Part shown: piece by piece, positions 26,171 through 36,743 of the stretch
Numbering within the stretch: position 1 is the stretch's first letter
Layout of the letters: the number at the start of each line of letters is the position of its first letter
Source of the DNA: Lama glama
Taxonomy: Eukaryota
DNA length: 64,000 nt
Direction: 5' to 3'
Assembly (NCBI GenBank): GCA_028534125.1
Contig: CM052823.1
Span: 74,276,001-74,340,000, forward strand
Made by a program: the position numbers and the translations under genes
The notes under the pieces: model-generated
What the model was told of the DNA's origin: nothing
Database searches by the model: none
The model's input: the letters and a program-made list of their open reading frames with translations, nothing else

Positions 26171-27341
26171 GATATGGTTACTGATGAAGAGAAACCTGCC
26201 AGCTACAAAAGAGGTTCAAGGAACAAAGGTGAACGTGCAGCCTGTGGGAAACCTTCCTTTAAATAATGCAAGTTTTTCTGGGATGAAAATGCCACTTTCT
26301 TCAAGATGCCCTCCCAATTCTGTTCCCTCTGTGAAATTAATCACTCTTTCATACCTTCAGGCGACATTTTTTATACTTTTATATGGCTTCAATTTCGGCC
26401 TCTTATTGAGTGCATTCACATCTAGGAAGTGCATATAAATTGTCACACATTGTGAAGGATATGGCGAAATTCAGTTTAAATTAGACTCAAGTTTATGGCT
26501 GTAAGATAGAAAAGGTTAAGCGCCACAAAGCGGGGAAGGGAAGAGGGGTCGTCTTTAAGTACCCTGGGAGTTAGGAAATTCTACTTACATACTAGCTTCC
26601 TTTCCCGAATGGAAATGGCCGGAGCACACTAGCCTGTTTCAGATTTTCAATAACCTGGTTTAGGAGGCCTATTTATTCATTTAACAATTACTTGCCAAGC
26701 CCTGTTCAAGATTACAAAGTTCACCGGGGTGTGGTGGAGGGAAAGAAAATAGACGTATTAAAAAATGATGACAAGAGTCTGTGATCAGTGCTACTGACAG
26801 CAGCTTGGACAAATAGTTCCAGGGTACCCAGAGAATGCAGTGAGTAGGCACCCACAGGCTGAACGAAGAATAAACCAATGACCTTACCAAGGAACTCCGT
26901 TTGGCGTCAACTATAGCACAACAAACAGGTACCGCGAGGCCGAAGTTGCACGGAGCCCAGGATGCCTGCGGCTGCTGGCTTGGGCTGCCAGCGTCACGTG
27001 CACCCGGTCAACACACGTGCACAGAGCACCCACTGTGAGCCAGGCACGGGGCCAGGGTGACCGCGGCGGGGGTCCCCACGGTAGGGTCTCAGGGCTGCTC
27101 TAGCAGCCTGGAGGAGGCGAGGAGGGCTTCCCAGACGCCACTTCTAAGTAGGGTTGGGGTCTGGACGGCACTTCAAAGTCAAAGGCTGAGCCCCCACCCC
27201 CACCCCCGCTCGCGAGCAGTCCCCCACGGCAGGATTTGGGGAGGGGGCAGGTCAGTCCTCCGGGAAGCCTCAGCCAGAATCCCAAGGACCCCGCACCTCC
27301 TCCTACCCCAGGCCCAAGCCCAGCCGCGAAGTGAAACTCAC

Positions 27342-27620
27342 CGGACGCCACGGACGCTGACACCGCGGAGACTCCCCAGCTCCGGCCGAAGACCAAGTGG
27401 TAGCAAACCCCCGCACCTGGCGCTAATCCGCTAGCTCCTTCCTAATCACAGCCGAACCACGGGGCCCCGAGGGCACTGAGGAGCAGCCGCCGCCTCCAAT
27501 CGCTGGCTACAAACTGGCCCGGTGGGCGAGGCCATGCCGGCTCGGGGCCGGGCATGAAGGCGGAAGTCTCCGCCTTCCTCAAGCTAGGTTGAGAAGTCGC
27601 CTGCAGTTGCAAATACTACA
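27342..27620 (-). other. CEP152: CEP152 non-coding exon 1 (TSS position uncertain)
   Basis: Consensus donor CCG|gtgagt at 27342/27341 inside the CpG island. The upstream limit is estimated from the promoter motifs. Confidence 0.65.
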
Positions 27621-27626
27621 AGGCTG

Positions 27627-27724
27627 TTTAAAAGCGGGCGCCAGCGGTGGCGGGAAGTTCCTCCTGGGCGCCCATTGGTGGATTCGTCAGCCAATTACGA
27701 AAGGGTCGACTCCAGAGGGGCGGG
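27627..27724 (-). promoter_or_regulatory. Cell-cycle promoter module: CDE/CHR-like element, E2F site, CCAAT boxes, GC box
   Basis: On the minus strand: GGCGCC-CGCT-TTTAAA (27642-27627), TTCCCGCC (27656-27649) and CCAAT (27678-27674). On the plus strand: CCAAT (27691-27695) and GGGGCGGG (27717-27724). Confidence 0.7.
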
Positions 27725-29084
27725 TTTATCGGTTGCATGAGGAAGCCCAAACACCTGGCCTCCTGCTTTTGCTGACTCTCCGGTTTTGCCCGAGCCCCCG
27801 GCCCCGCCTCCCACCACAAGGCGTGGTGACTCATCCCCCCTGCGCTCCCCGCTCCTAAGCCCCAGTTCTCAGCTGCAGCACACAGAACCCACACTTGCCC
27901 CACCGAACCCTTACCTTGGAGGTTTTTCTCTTTGCGCTTCTGATTCTCTAAGGTGCCTGTTTCCCCATCACCTGAAGAGCTTCAGAGGTTGTTTCACTCT
28001 GTCTTCATGCTTACTAGGTCCCGCCATGTTTGAATTTGTGTTTCTTTAATTATTGATGAGATGACACATTTTCCACATGTTTATTCACTACTTGAATTTT
28101 CTCGAGTGTGAATGTTCTTGTCGCTTAGGTATACGTTAACTTGTCCTTGAAGACAGCACTGCCCAGTCTCTGGTAAAGTCCATTATTGCATCTATCTTCC
28201 TGGGGTAAAAGGGTTCCAGCGAATTTCAGGGAGTTGGTAGCACCACGTTCAAACATCCTTTTAACCACTTCCCATATATACTAGTATAGATTAAAATGGT
28301 TGTTTAAGTTTGTTCATAATTTGGCGACTTTTCCTTTGCTACCTCATTATGCCACCCCTGGATGGCTATACTGATCCCTGTAACCCCATCCACTTAGCAT
28401 AAGGGTCTGACACATAATAGGTACTTAATCCATAACAATAGATGAGTGAAATCTCTGACAGGGCTGCTCCTGGTTCCCAGAGTGCCTTTTTGTTTTGCTC
28501 AAGCTATTTCTTTCACCTGTACTATCCTGCTTGATTTACCCAGCTGCTCAGTCTTCAAGACAAATGAGCACCTCCTCTGAAGCCTTTCATGACACACACC
28601 CCCCTCCCTTGTTAGACATGATCTTTCTTCCCTCTGGACACAGTGTGCTTATCTTATTGTAGTCTTTATTATCTGCTGCAGTTAGTTGCTGTGTGATTGT
28701 TACACTCAGTCCAATGTTACTATCTTGAGGCACTAACTTTGCTTCGTGGACACCTAGCATGCTTTGTGGTCCCTGGTAGGCACTCAGAACAAATTTGATA
28801 AATGAGTAAATGAATGAACAAATCAAATGAAGGGTTTTTGTGCCCGAAAAAAAAAAAAACAAATAAAAGACATTCAGGTAAAAGGCAGTTGAAATCTGAG
28901 CCAAGGTGTCTGTGAATGAGATCTAGGCTCAGGGGGCTTTCCACATCTCACTGCAGACCATCAGCAGGCTGTGTGTGGTGTGCTATGCTAAGGGTTAAGA
29001 TGAAATGCTACAGCAAACTGCTAAGCAATCCCTGCCCACAAACAGCTGCTTCTTAGAGCGTCTTAGAGGAATGAAAGCAAAAAA

Positions 29085-29584
29085 NNNNNNNNNNNNNNNN
29101 NNNNNNNNNNNNNNNNNNNNNNNNNNNNNNNNNNNNNNNNNNNNNNNNNNNNNNNNNNNNNNNNNNNNNNNNNNNNNNNNNNNNNNNNNNNNNNNNNNNN
29201 NNNNNNNNNNNNNNNNNNNNNNNNNNNNNNNNNNNNNNNNNNNNNNNNNNNNNNNNNNNNNNNNNNNNNNNNNNNNNNNNNNNNNNNNNNNNNNNNNNNN
29301 NNNNNNNNNNNNNNNNNNNNNNNNNNNNNNNNNNNNNNNNNNNNNNNNNNNNNNNNNNNNNNNNNNNNNNNNNNNNNNNNNNNNNNNNNNNNNNNNNNNN
29401 NNNNNNNNNNNNNNNNNNNNNNNNNNNNNNNNNNNNNNNNNNNNNNNNNNNNNNNNNNNNNNNNNNNNNNNNNNNNNNNNNNNNNNNNNNNNNNNNNNNN
29501 NNNNNNNNNNNNNNNNNNNNNNNNNNNNNNNNNNNNNNNNNNNNNNNNNNNNNNNNNNNNNNNNNNNNNNNNNNNNNNNNNNNN
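29085..29584. other. Assembly gap (500 N)
   Basis: Run of N flanked by A tracts on both sides. Confidence 1.
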
Positions 29585-31437
29585 AAAAAAAAAAAATTAA
29601 GTGACTTGCCCAAGGTTACACAGCTAATGTAAGACAGAGACAGAATTTGAACCCAGCTCCTTTATCTCTACATCCAGAGCTCATCACTATATATACAATG
29701 TAAGTGAGACTTAAGCACCTAAGTCACGAAAGATGCAAAATAAGAAATAAATCAGACTCTTGCCTCTAAAAACGGATCTGAGTGGACATATTATAATCAA
29801 CAAAATTTTCATGATTGCCTATCAGGTTTAATTCCTGGCTTAGATGCTTGAATATAGTGTGAGGCAGGACCCCTACCCTCCAGACAACCACACTCTATTT
29901 GAGGTGCAAGATGCTTACCAAAAAAGACAAATGATAACACACGCACACAAAATAGTTCACTACAATATACGCAATATGAGTAGAATAGGTAATAATTCTG
30001 AGGAAGAGTGACTATATAAGGAAAAATCTATCAGGGAAAGCTCCTGGAGGAAGAGAGAGTCAACAGGCAGGCTGATCAGCATGAGTGATTGCAGAGTGAA
30101 GGGCAGACCAGCAAAAGAAAAGGATTCTTGTATTTAAACATCAAATTGCAGAAGTAGCCTGGGACAAGGTAGCCAACAGAGGAGCCTGAAGCCTGGAGGA
30201 ATGGGAAAGCCATTCTACAGAGGTGAGGTAGGGGGCGCACAAGGACTGAACTTAACATGTCCAGAGAAACACAAGCACACAGAGGCATTCTAGGGTAATA
30301 AAGACAAATGCGGAAAAAGAGAAAAACTGCTAAAGACCTTGAATGCTGGACAGAACGTTTGCAGAATGTTGGGTCAATGTTTATCTTGCATTTTTTAAAC
30401 AGACACACCTGTGAGTTGGGAAGGGCTCCCTCTGTCAGACTCATTTAAATTGCAAGGGGAAATGCTCTGTTGTTGAGATGGGGTCCCTCCCACTCAGATC
30501 ATTTATGAAGGTGGAGTTAAGCCTTCCTTCCCTCCTTTTCCTACCTTTTCTTTGGTGTCAAAGCTAGCAGGTCAAAGCAATACCATCTAGTGTAATAGGG
30601 AGTACTATTCTCAAAAGAGCCCCAAACTTAGAGATCTGGTTCATGTTCCAACTCTCCTACCTACTAGCTTTTGTCCACAATTTATTTAACACTTATGTGC
30701 CTCGAAGTTCTTATTTGAAAATAGGAGTGATAATATCTACTTTCGCAGGATTGTAAAAAGGATGAAATGAGATTGTGTGAAAGAGCTTTTAAAATGTAGA
30801 AACACCATTTAACTGAGTGTTATTTAGGTAAGGAATATCAAACCATTATTTGTAGTGTATTTAATAGTATTTTTTAAGCATCTACTTTGTGCCAAGCACT
30901 GTTCTAGGGGTACATTTAATATTGACATGTGGCTGAAAATGCCTTCCCTGATTAAGCCCCTTATCAGAATCTGCTCCTGCCCACAGCCACTCTGACCTCA
31001 CCACCATCACCTCCCTACCACCCCAAGACTTGGCCATACCTGATTGGGTCAAATGTGAGTACCAGACCCAAGCTGGGCAAATCATATTCCCTACTCAGAT
31101 AACTGAAATAATATTCCAGGAAACTGAGTCAAGTAGTAACCGTACAGAAAAGAAATAGACTTTCATCACACTGGTCTGTATTTTATGGAAAATACACTAC
31201 TTCCACAGCCGGGTCATGTACATGGTGGAGCCTAGACTGAAGATCATGAACTTCTGCCACTTAGAGCCATGGGTCTGCCCATTCCTACACTTTGTGAAGC
31301 CTGACAGTTCGTCTTTTCTTTGGTTTGTGATCATCTGAATCTTAAAACATCTTTTGACTTGGGCAAGCTTGGGTCATGTAGGGGTTGAATAGTTTCTCCT
31401 CCTCCACGTATTTCATGTCCACCCAGAACTCAGTAGG

Positions 31438-32048
31438 CACCCAACTGCTTTCTGGAGTGGCTGTACGATTCGACATCCTCACCAGGGATGTATGTGGATC
31501 CACTTTCTTCTCATCCTAGTCAACATTTAGTGTTGTCATTATTTTTCATTTACCCATTCTGATATGTGTGTAGTAATATCTCATTGTGATTTTCATTTAC
31601 ATTTTCCTACTGGCCAATGATACTGAATTTTTTTTTCACATGCTTATGTGCCACATCTATCTCTCCAGTGAAATGTCTATGCAAGTTTTGGGCCCATTTT
31701 CTAATTAGATTTTTTTACTGTTGAGTTTTAAGAACTTCTTTTTTTAATACATTCTAGATATGTGGTTTGTAAATCCTTCCTCCCAGTCCATAGCTTGTCC
31801 TTCATCCTCTCAACAGAGCTTTCACCAAGCAAAAATTCATACTGTCAATGAAGTGCAACATACCACTTTTTTTAAAGGATCATGTCTAAGGACTCCTTGC
31901 CTAGCCCTATATCCTGAAGAGTTCCCTGTATGTTTTTCTTTCCTAAAAGCTTCATAGTTATACATTTAAGTCCATAATCCATTTGAGTTGATGTTTATGT
32001 ACAGTGTGAGGTTCATCCTTTTGTCTAGAGATGTACCGTTGTTCCAGT
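31438..32048 (-). mobile_element. Old L1 (L1M) ORF2 3'-region fragment
   Basis: Antisense L1 signature: gtggctgtacgatt...atatctcattgtgattttcatttacatt...catttaagtccataatccattttgagtt. Confidence 0.75.
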
Positions 32049-32089
32049 GCCGCCTGCTGTGAGGCTGTCCTTGTGGGGTCGCCAGGGGT

Positions 32090-32325
32090 GGCCAGGCCCC
32101 TCCTCTGCAGCCCCAGCTCCTGAGAGGCAGCCCTTCCTTACAGCTCTCTCTCCAGATTCTGTTACTGCTCCCTCCCCTCAGTCCTCCCGCTGGCTGAGCA
32201 GCACTGCATCCTCCCTTGTGGTTCCCCCTACTCTGCCCACACCTTTGTAAGCAGTCCCTCTATTAAACACTCCTCTAAGTACCCAATTTAAGTGAGCCAT
32301 CTGTTTCCTGTCAGGACCCTGACAT
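32090..32325 (+). mobile_element. ERVL LTR 3' part (LTR41-like)
   Basis: ctgcccacacctttgtaagcagtccctctattaaacactcctct...gccatctgtttcctgtcaggaccctgac resembles the recalled LTR41 end. Confidence 0.6.
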
Positions 32326-32396
32326 CCTTCAAACGATAAATGTTCCAACTCCCAAACATCAGACATATACTGTCAACTGTCACAAAGCAATACTCA

Positions 32397-32402
32397 TTTA
32401 TT
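32397..32402 (-). terminator. SHC4: Probable SHC4 polyadenylation signal AATAAA
   Basis: AATAAA on the minus strand followed by GU/U-rich sequence (ttgctttgtg...tatgtctgatgtttg), at the boundary with a repeat-dense intergenic region. Confidence 0.6.
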
Positions 32403-33770
32403 TTTTTGAAAAGTTGTTTACAGGTTTTTATATGGCAAATGGATTCCCACTTTAAGACAGATAAAGATAAGAGTGTGTCATTAAAATAGCATGCAGTCAA
32501 ACACTTCTTTTGTTGTTTCATTTTATTTTCACTGTGTCTGTTGTATCTGTAACTGCAGAATTTGTTCATCTAACTACTATACGTTACATTCAGATACTGA
32601 TCATCTACGTGTACTGCTCACATCAGTTCTAATCTTTGTGACTATTTGTATCAAGAACTCTTTCTTGCCACCCAGTTATCATTTTGTTCAACCAGGATGA
32701 GACCATAGCACCACTCTCTCTGTTACATTGACTAGATCACCCACAAATGTCACTGATTTATACCCATGCTGACCCCCTTTATGAGGACAGATAATCACGG
32801 ACTATAGTGTATGCAAAATTGAGGGAAAAGACATTATTTCCTAGTTGTATAAAAGGAAACAAACCTATCTAAGAAGCCAATAGCAGAAGTAAAATAAAAG
32901 CATAAACCTTCACATAAAAATATTAGAGTTCAGTGTGCTTGATTTCCGATGATTTCTTTCCAAAAGAAGTTTCTCATATTTTATTTAAAACTTAGCAAAT
33001 ATTCACAATTACAAAGATTAAGTTGTATCTACACAGCCAAAATGAAGTGGAGTTAAGGCAACTGTCTGGATAACTCAAGATGAAAAAAAAAAAAAAACCA
33101 CTCTAACAGCCATATCTCTATATGTAAAGGCAGATAAAGGACTGAAGCTGTCTTCTCTACTCAAAATAATCAAATCTACTTCTACCATCATTACTTACAT
33201 TTTTTCAAAGTTTCAATGTTTTCGACTGAAAGTCTCCAGATCTCTGCTAATCTGAATGATCTCAGTCAATACAGACAAAGACTAGAGAAACAGCTGAAGT
33301 TTCCACCTTAATTATATAGACTGGTTATCAACGTTGACCCCCAATAAATAGAAAATTTGCTTTTTATAGACTCATGTTAGGGCTGAAATGGACCTCTGAA
33401 TTTACCTAGCCCAGCTCCCTCATTTTATAGACAAGGAAACTGGAGCCCAGATGGGTTCAGCAAGTTGGTCAAGGTCACACTGAGACCCAGTCCAAGTGCT
33501 TTTCCCTACACAACACTTGATTACACCATCCGTTTACCAAGTGTGCCTACATGTGGCAAAACTTCCCAATTGTTTCATTCAATGTTTTCTCCCTTCTGCA
33601 TTTTGTCTGGTCATATCTAGAAAAAGTGCTAAGGATACATGTAGATGGAACTTTGATTCAGTCACGGCCAATTGAGGGGATATTTCCCTATGTTTAAAAT
33701 AAATTTAGTACTTTAAATAAGAATGGAACCAATTTGGAGATTGAATATGAAGAACACTGGTTTGCCATCT

Positions 33771-33873
33771 ATTTATTATTATTATTATTATTTTTAATGG
33801 AGACACTGGGGATTGAACCCAGGACCTTGTGCGCACTAAGCATGCGCTCTACCACTGAGCTATACCCTCCCCC
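33771..33873 (-). mobile_element. tRNA-derived SINE in the SHC4 3' UTR (sense to mRNA)
   Basis: Minus strand reads ggggagggtatagctcagtggtagagcgcatgcttag...gggttcaatcccc...ccattaaaa(taa)n. TSD cactggtttgccatct / cactggtttgtttgccatct. Confidence 0.9.
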
Positions 33874-34727
33874 TACCACTGGTTTGTTTGCCATCTTTTA
33901 AATCCATGCACTCATAAGCTCTTTTTTGGGGGGTTCGGGGGGTGAGAGGGAGGGAGGAGGGAGAAATGTGATGAAATCAGAAACAACTGATAGAGCTGGC
34001 TTTTTCAGTTCATCATATGCTGTACACAAACAGTCTACATAGCAAAGATTGAAAAACACTAGGCCAAAGAATTTGGACTCCAGTCCTTTAACCAGCAAGT
34101 GGGACAGGCCAATGAAACAGACCAGCACTTTCAGTGGCTTCTGATTTGACTCCACTGGCACAGACACAGCCTGAATTCAACGTCCAATTTATTTTAACAC
34201 TACTGTGAAAGTGCTACTGAACAGAAAAGGTAATAAAGTCAATAACTATTAAGCAAATTGCTTCTTATTTTTGTAACAAGGAAAAACTTTTTTTTGGCAA
34301 ATGGTTCTATAGTTATAGAATATGAAGTCACTTAGAACTAATTTCCCCAATATGAAAATGTCCCCAGATTATCAAGTTGAAAGGCACATACCACTGCCCC
34401 AGCAGTTCATTCAAGTTGTCTTTAGCATGTGAAATTTTAATTGTGCTTTTAGCTTGTTATCAATGCAACATGGCCTTAAAAAGTGACATCCGTGCATATG
34501 TATAATTTCTTTTCAAACGGACTCATCCTCCTCCCCTCTGCTGATTTTCAGTTTCTGAAGATCAATTTTTGTTAGTTCTTTGTTTTATAAAGGACCATGG
34601 TGGTCTCAGAAAGATACACTTCACAGTCTGTGCTCTAATTTATCTAGAAATCGAGTTTGAATGATCTTTGTGTCCTCACACAAAATGGACTTTCTTGAAG
34701 TGCCAGTGTGACGGTACTTCCACACAG

Positions 34728-34883
34728 TCATTTGTTGGAATGCAAAAGTCCTGGATTATTATCTTTTCTCACTGGTTGTTTAAGGCTTACTTCACTTCCA
34801 GAAGAGATGATTGGCAAACTATTATCCATATGGTATCTGATAAGGTGGCCCACATTATCAAATACATGATCCTTGGTCCTCAC
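34728..34883 (-). CDS. SHC4: SHC4 last coding exon 12 (end of SH2 domain and stop)
   Basis: ttcaag|GTGAGG...AAA TGA. Encodes [51 protein letters not shown]. Confidence 0.97.
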   Translation of the reverse strand: MRTKDHVFDNVGHLIRYHMDNSLPIISSGSEVSLKQPVRKDNNPGLLHSNK

Positions 34884-35184
34884 CTTGAAAAGGAAATACA
34901 AATATGTTAGGTTAAATGACAACAGATCTCCTGAAAGACATAAACAATTAGGTGGGAAAAAGAGACAGACATATCCTGGAATGAGCTATTGGCTGAAAAA
35001 AAAGAAGAAAAGGTACGTTCAATTCCGTATCCCTTTGTAAACAATTTTCTCATTCCCCATTACCTTTTTAAAGCAACTGTCCCTCCCAGTTAGGAAAACA
35101 GTAACACCTGTCACCCAATACGAATTTGTAACCAACCCCTTTGCCATGTTACTGTTTGATACATTCTATCATGTCACTATTCCT

Positions 35185-35885
35185 ATATTTTGTCTCATAT
35201 GAGTATGGCCACCCCTGTTTTCTTTTGGTTGTCATTTGCATGGAGTATCTTTATCCATCTTTTCACTTTCAGTCTGTGTGTCCATAAATCTAAAGTGAAC
35301 CTCACAGATCTAGAAAACAAACTTATGGTTACCAAAAGGGAAAAGGGTGGGTGGGGAGGGATAAATTGGGAGTTTGGGATTTGCAGATACTAACTATTAA
35401 TATAAAATAGATAAACAACAAGGTCCTACTGTATAGCACAGAGAACTATATTCAATATCTTGTAATAGCCTATAATGAAAAAATATGAAAAGGAATATAT
35501 ACATATATAACTGAATCACTATGCTGTACACCAGAAATTGACACAACATTGTAAATGACTATAGTTCAATTTTCAAAAAAAGAACTAGTGAAAGCCAAAA
35601 AGATTTTTTTTAATGCATGATTCTTTTGGGTACTGAACTTTCTAATAAATAAACTTTCTCTTGTTTGTGATATGACCATTATTAACCTTCTGGTTAAAAA
35701 TAAAAATAGGGTAAAAACAAGGGAAAAAGTGAGCCCCCTATAAACAGCGTACATAATAGCTGGATCTTGTGTATTCAGCTATCCATTCAGCTATTCTGCA
35801 TCCTTTGATTTGGGAGTTTAATCCATTTACATTTAAAGTAATTATTTATAGAGCAGGACTTGCTATTTTGTTAATTGGTTTTTGT
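35185..35885 (-). mobile_element. Old L1 fragment (start of ORF2/endonuclease region), interrupted at about 35299-35725
   Basis: catttgcatggagtatctttatccatcttttcactttcag...ctaaagtga // ...aacagc...tttaatccatttacatttaaagtaattatt is the antisense L1 ORF2 5' signature. Confidence 0.7.
35299..35582 (+). mobile_element. Truncated L1 3' end nested in the older L1
   Basis: ctcacagatctagaaaacaaacttatggttacc...gctgtacaccagaaattgacacaacattgtaaa...aaaaaaa. Confidence 0.88.
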
Positions 35886-36489
35886 CCAGGATCTGTCTAC
35901 AGGCATCTCTGCTCCAAGCATACATCTTTGATTTGACTTGATACCATTCTATTGCTCTGTCTGCTCCTGTAAGACTTCATGTATGCTCCCCCCTTAAAAA
36001 TTCTGCCCTTTCAAGGTTTATCTTGTATGTGAGACCTTGTAAGATGCCTTTTCAGTTTGCCTCAAGCAGAGCACCCCTCTCTCCTGAGAAACACCATAAT
36101 GTGTTGGTTGAACCATTCTTATGTCATTCATCCTTAATTAAGCATCTGTTTTATGAAATATAAGCACCCTGAGAGCAAGGACTCACTATGTGATACTGAA
36201 CAATAGTTAGCTGTGAATCCCTGTACCTCCATGTAGTAGGTATTCATTTAATTCACTGAATTGAATTGAGAAGGGCAGAAAGAGGCTGTTCTCTCGGTGA
36301 TCCTCTAGGGTGGCTCCCACTCAAACCCCTCCACCGGCCTCTACTTACCACTTCCTGCTCCAGCTGGAGGGTTCAAGAAGAGGTGAACCCTTAACACTGA
36401 ACACCCTTCAATATCAGGTTTCATACCTATCACTTAGCGTAACCTTGATCACAAGATTCTGTGAAGTCATAACGAAAGGTCAGTGATAC

Positions 36490-36743
36490 CTTGCCTTCAG
36501 GGTCCACCAGGAGAAGATGTTTTGCCTGGCCTCCCTGGAGCCCACTCAGCACATACTGGCCAGGAGACGTTGCACTCTCTCGAACCAGGAAGTCCCCGTC
36601 CTTTACCAAGAGGCTCTCTGCCGCTTTCCTGCTCAGCTTGCCGTGGTAGCAGTCTTCACTCCGCAGCTGCTGTTTAATGAGTGGCAGAGAATGCGTGCTG
36701 GCAGGCTGGGCCGTGGCACCTGGCTGAACAGTTTCTGGTGCCT
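36490..36743 (-). CDS. SHC4: SHC4 exon 11 (254 nt, most of the SH2 domain)
   Basis: cttcag|AGGCACCA...GGCAAG|gtatca. Encodes ...CYHGKLSRKAAESLLVKDGDFLVRESATSPGQYVLSGLQGGQAKHLLLVDPEGK, containing the FLVRES motif. Confidence 0.97.

Larger units (their letters stand above)
26930..27860. promoter_or_regulatory. CEP152: CpG island / CEP152 promoter
   Basis: Sharp rise in GC and CpG density relative to the flanks, about 6 kb upstream of the ATG exon on the minus strand. Confidence 0.9.
32380..34727 (-). other. SHC4: SHC4 3' UTR (about 2.3 kb)
   Basis: Follows the stop codon, is AT-rich and repeat-poor, and ends near the AATAAA at 32402-32397. Confidence 0.65.

Noticed and set aside
27057-28049. 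Several 87-125 aa ORFs
   Set aside because: Stop codons are naturally scarce in a CpG island. The peptides are low-complexity Pro/Arg/Gly-rich.
29005-29613. 199-aa and 186-aa ORFs in the track
   Set aside because: They are artefacts of translating through the N gap.
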